Shown one piece after another: positions 63,906 through 64,000 of a DNA stretch of 64,000 nucleotides (the stretch's first letter is position 1; each line of letters starts with the position of its first letter). Below the pieces are notes generated by a model. It was given only the letters and a program-made list of their open reading frames with translations, searched no databases and was not told the DNA's origin. The position numbers and the translations under genes were made by a program. The stretch spans positions 73,933-137,932 of the forward strand of contig MU626297.1 in assembly GCA_025603075.1 (NCBI GenBank). Reading direction: 5' to 3'. This DNA comes from Neoconidiobolus thromboides FSU 785 (lineage: Eukaryota > Fungi > Entomophthoromycota).

Positions 63906-64000
63906 GTTAGGGTTAGGGTTAGGGTTAGGGTTAGGGTTAGGGTTAGGGTTAGGGTTAGGGTTAGGGTTAGGGTTAGGGTTAGGGTTAGGGTTAGGGTTAG
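63906..64000 (+). repeat. Telomere, (TTAGGG)n: 15 full units plus a partial unit to the window end
   Basis: Perfect TTAGGG array, G-rich strand running 5'->3' toward the end. Confidence 0.98.

Noticed and set aside
1-64000. rRNA, tRNA or snoRNA genes
   Set aside because: No cloverleaf or rRNA-like sequence recognised by eye; tRNAscan/Infernal would be needed to exclude small RNAs.

Overview
Eukaryotic, very AT-rich, gene-dense window with short (~40-60 nt) GT-AG introns. It ends in a canonical (TTAGGG)n telomere, so it is the right end of a chromosome. Gene content (squalene epoxidase, mitochondrial rpL1, OMA1, class-A-like 7TM receptors, TERT, HROB, RAB3GAP1) points to an aerobic early-diverging fungus, plausibly Entomophthorales (Conidiobolus-like); this taxonomy is inference. 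About 25 genes are recognisable: GRX3/4, PIG-H, a 4xBED domesticated hAT transposase, URB2, NOP16, GPATCH4-like, RAB3GAP1, TAF3 with a PHD finger, MEMO1, HROB, CISD3-like, a DUF4436/pLGIC-like membrane protein, TERT, ASCC2, an LRR protein, ACS, MRPL1, TLS1/C9orf78, ERG1, a MYST HAT, two 7TM receptors, OMA1, SPC24-like, a C2H2 TF and an Ariadne RBR ligase. Two dispersed non-coding repeat families are present: a ~95-99 bp GGGG...CCCC MITE with 4-bp target-site duplications, and a ~460 bp TGTGAAA...TTTCACA LTR-like element. The most striking structure is the chromosome end: two opposed copies of the 460-bp element form a quasi-palindrome, and the telomere repeats start exactly at the element terminus. 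The telomerase catalytic gene lies only ~30 kb from that telomere. All gene calls come from motif recognition by eye and intron boundaries were placed by hand; no database searches were run.
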